A stretch of DNA of 62,658 bases, the filler included, from Asterionella formosa (taxonomy: Eukaryota): assembly GCA_002256025.1 (NCBI GenBank). It is 8 parts of 8 records of this genome, joined end to end, with 100 filler letters (N's around TTAATTAATTAA, not from the genome) between each part and the next. Parts side by side here need not be neighbours in the genome. Positions count along the whole stretch, not along the records: positions 59,377 to 60,967 come from NKIB01001828.1; positions 61,068 to 62,658 come from NKIB01001829.1; 6 more parts are not named here. One strand, written 5' to 3'. Positions within the stretch are counted from its first letter, which is position 1, and every line of letters starts with the position of its first letter. A model generated the notes under the pieces. It saw only the letters and a program-made list of their open reading frames with translations, was not told where the DNA came from and did not search any database. The position numbers and the translations under genes are program-made. Positions 59,377-62,658 of the stretch are shown here, piece by piece.

Positions 59377-60708
59377 GGATCGTATATTTCATGTAGGTCG
59401 CCGGTATCAGCAAGCCAATCCAGAGTATCTGCACAGTCCAAGAGGGCATCAACATCAGCACCCTTTTGATACCAGGACGGCATATCTTTGGCATCTGTCC
59501 AGGAGGGAAAGATGGCGATTTCGGCTACACCATGAGGGCTGACCTCACCACCACCTGCAGATGGAACAGCAGAATGGTGGTCAGAGGGCAGAGTAATTGG
59601 ATTGGCCCCAGCTTGGCGAGCCACCTGATTGACTTGTACAGGAGTTTCTGACGCCACTGGAGCAGGCGTGAGGAATCGGAAACTGTAACGAAAGGAAATG
59701 GGAGTTAGAAGAAGTTCATTTAAAACATTCACAATCGATTTAAGGTTTCTAAACGCACAGAGAATCTTCAAGAGCTGGACCTGATAATGCGCTATGGGGA
59801 TTTGCAATTGCTGGAACTGTTGTGGGAGTATTAGCTCCACTTCCAGCCAGTTGTGTTGTCGATACCAGGAACGGCGCCAAAGCTGGAGCAACAGTAGGTA
59901 AATGAGGAACTAGGAAAGGAACACCAGATGCATCTTGCGAGGCAATCATCTTTTTCCCTTCGCGATGAGCACTAGTAACAACAGAGGCAATAGCCTTTCG
60001 TTTGGTACCAGTGATATGTCTTCTTCGCTTGCCAGCTGGTAGGCCTCCATTAGTTGCTAATCCAACTGCCACAGCGGACGGGCCTCCACGGGAATCCATT
60101 GAAATTTCACCTTCCTCGCCATTTTGTCGGGCCTTCGAAAGCTTTTGAAAATACTTTTGAGCATGAGTTCGAATCTGAACAACAGTTCTAGATTTGATGA
60201 GTGAAGCAATCTTCTTCCAACCCTTGCCATGCAATTCAAGACCTTGGAGAAAGAGTCTATGCTCTTCCGCTGTCCAGCGACCGGTGTTTTCACCAGCAGC
60301 ACTTTCAGTCGAAGTTACCATAGCAACCGCCGTCATGGAAACAGGTAGAGGCGCCTTCTTCTTTTTGGGTTTGGAGAATGGGGACTGGGGCGACTCAACT
60401 GCAGCTGATGTAACTTGCGAAGGTACAGCAAGCTCTGCTAGTGTTGGGGTAAAGGCTTGAGTCGAAGCCGACGGTACCAGTGGAACCGGAGTTGGGATAG
60501 GGTTCGAAAATAATTCAGAAGCAGTAGAAACGCAAAGCTCTTGAGTTCCTGGGGGCAGAGGAATAGATGGCTCAGCGTGATTCGCGTTGGAGGTTTTTGT
60601 AGGAGCTGGTACAGGTGGGACGTTGTGAGCAGTGGGATTTGAAGCAGGCACACAAACAGTTGAACTAGGAGAGGGGATATAATTGATATCAATGGGTGAA
60701 GTAGACAT
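59377..60708 (-). CDS. 1R-MYB SHAQKYF-class transcription factor; intron 59758-59683; 3' end truncated by the gap
   Basis: GRWTAEEHRLFLQGLELHGKGWKKIASLIKSRTVVQIRTHAQKYF; the GT-AG intron joins LEDSL to FRFLTP in frame; ATG 60708. Confidence 0.92.
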
Positions 60709-61067
60709 TGTCTGCGTGCAACACTGCAAGAAATGTGATTTGGAGTGTGCAGTTAGTGTTTGGGTTCGCAACAGCCTCCGGAGCGACTCTGACGAGGTCT
60801 GATTGAAGATTTAAATTGAATAGGGGCGCCGAGCCTTTGCACATCGATGACCACAATTCACTATGTAGGAAGTAGAAGTAAATGAAGCGGCGAGTGGACG
60901 AGCGGCTGCCATGAGATCCTTTAACGAATGAAGGTGTACTCAATCAAAAACCCAACGACTCAAACATNNNNNNNNNNNNNNNNNNNNNNNNNNNNNNNNN
61001 NNNNNNNNNNNTTAATTAATTAANNNNNNNNNNNNNNNNNNNNNNNNNNNNNNNNNNNNNNNNNNNN

Positions 61068-62106
61068 GATGGTTCCTCCACCTGAAATGAAAATACCTCC
61101 AACTGCTGACACACTCGACATTGACGAGATGGATCCATCCGAAAATGTCGTACCTGCAACTACTACTGGTACACTTCTTGACATTAACGAGATTCTTGGT
61201 CCCCCTGAAAAGAGGAAACCCTTTCCCGGTTGGCTAGCCAATATTGATGAGTTCGTCAACTCGCTCATAGTACCAGATGACTTTATTCTGGATGAAAGTG
61301 GGCTGGGATTGATTCATATAAAAGGAATCGACATAAAACATATATCTGTCAAGGTACTTCGAAAAATTTGCGTGAGATTTAAAGTGTCAGGGTACAGGAA
61401 TGGCAAGAAGGACTCCACTATTTCCTTAATTGTCCGTTTACTGAAAAGAGACTGGCTGGTTGGTCAACTATACCCCCCCACTCCTATGATCACTTATAAT
61501 GAAGTGATTGGCATCCACAACAACAACAGGAACAATGATGAATCTATTATTGAAGATGAAGAAAAGAGTTGTGGCAATGTTGATATGGACTCTGATTGTT
61601 CATCAGATTAAATCCAAATAATGAATAAATTATATATTTGTCTACATTAAATTTATTTCGTGTAATTCTTTCCTTCTCCTCTCTATATTCACAGGAGGTC
61701 GTTGCACGCCCAAGGTTTGCAATCTGGTAAGAATCACATCTCGCATCACAGAGCTTCCAGGCAATATACACAATGGTTCCACAGTTGGCAAGTAGCCCCA
61801 ACCAAGGGGTGACAAACTGACTGGAATTATCTCTGTAAGTATTTGATTATCATCCATAATCTCGTTATCAATTATCTTCTCATTAATCACATAGTTATGA
61901 AGTCGAGCACATGAATCAAGAATGCGTGCAGATGTTTCCAAGCTTGTCGATAGGTTTTTTTTCAGAACACACCATCATCTAAGACGCCGTTTACGGCACT
62001 TTTTCGAATTTATGTGTAAAGTGACGTATTTATGCTACTTTTTTAAAATATTATGTTACTTTTCTAAAATATTATGTTACTTTTTTGAAATATTATGCTA
62101 CTTTTT
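61068..62106. mobile_element. Internally deleted PIF/Harbinger-like element: transposase C-terminus (61642-61974, -), convergent accessory ORF (61069-61611, +), 21-bp repeats (62030-62106)
   Basis: WCVLKKNL..ARILDSCARLHNYVI is the DDE_Tnp_4 C-terminal signature; about 4 x TATTATG(C/T)TACTTTT..AAA. Confidence 0.7.
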
Positions 62107-62658
62107 CCCTAATTTATTCGGGTTAAACAAAAATTTATTTCACTTATCGAATAATTATGTGATCACACCAATAATTATGTGTGTTCGTGACAATATATGT
62201 TGACCAACTAGCCATCGCAACAGTTTAAAAGCGAAATTATGCTGCTCTGCCGCAATATTATGCTGCTTTCACCATATAATGAACGAAAGAGTCGCCAATT
62301 CCGATTCACTTATTATTTTTTCCGCTCCGACATATTTCTTTGATCTGAACTGGCAAAGAATAACACATGCAAGAGGAAGATTCACACTGTAGAATTCAGC
62401 ACACGTAGTAGTAGTTGATGTTATAGACACATAATTAAGTCATTGTTGATTGTAGAGATTACAATAGCCTGCCAGATTGGAAATAAAGCACCGCTGGTAC
62501 TTGTTGAACATCGTTGAGCATTGCATGTCTCCGTAGTGAATCGAAATTGAGATGTGCCACAATGGCCTTCTCCGTCTCGGAGCAGCTACAAATAGTCTAC
62601 AGCGATAACTCTAGCAAGTACAATATAGAAAAAGAACCAGAGGATGAGTAGCTGACAA

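Noticed and set aside
62030..62106. CRISPR-like array (also considered at 9171-9680 and 32075-32235)
   Set aside because: Tandem units without regular unique spacers, no cas genes, eukaryotic context

Overview
Eukaryotic nuclear DNA from a diatom, probably pennate (diatom-type 18S rRNA, bipartite plastid presequence, short GT-AG introns). The window is not one locus. It is eight contigs (26205, 26204, 1593, 1592 and 4 x 1591 bp) joined in descending size order by 100-bp N-TTAATTAATTAA-N linkers. Host genes: O-fucosyltransferase-like, a beta-propeller protein, Zn alcohol dehydrogenase, UMP1, a membrane-anchored GH1 beta-glucosidase, a Tgs-like methyltransferase, a metallophosphoesterase, an SdrD-B/Pro-Thr surface protein, CDC37, an SPX-MFS phosphate transporter, plastid PDH E2 and a SHAQKYF-class MYB. 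Intergenic DNA is dense with decayed transposons (copia, gypsy, pogo, PIF/Harbinger, MITEs, tRNA-derived SINE-like elements). Most notable: (i) chains of TA-CC(n)GG-TA words that look like stacked excision footprints of TA-targeting transposons present in the window; (ii) a complete-ended pogo element carrying a second Cys/His, HIRAN-like ORF; (iii) tRNA-headed SINE-like elements with strongly structured bodies; (iv) an isolated PGRL1 fragment abutting a repeat end. All family assignments come from motif recognition by eye; no search was run.
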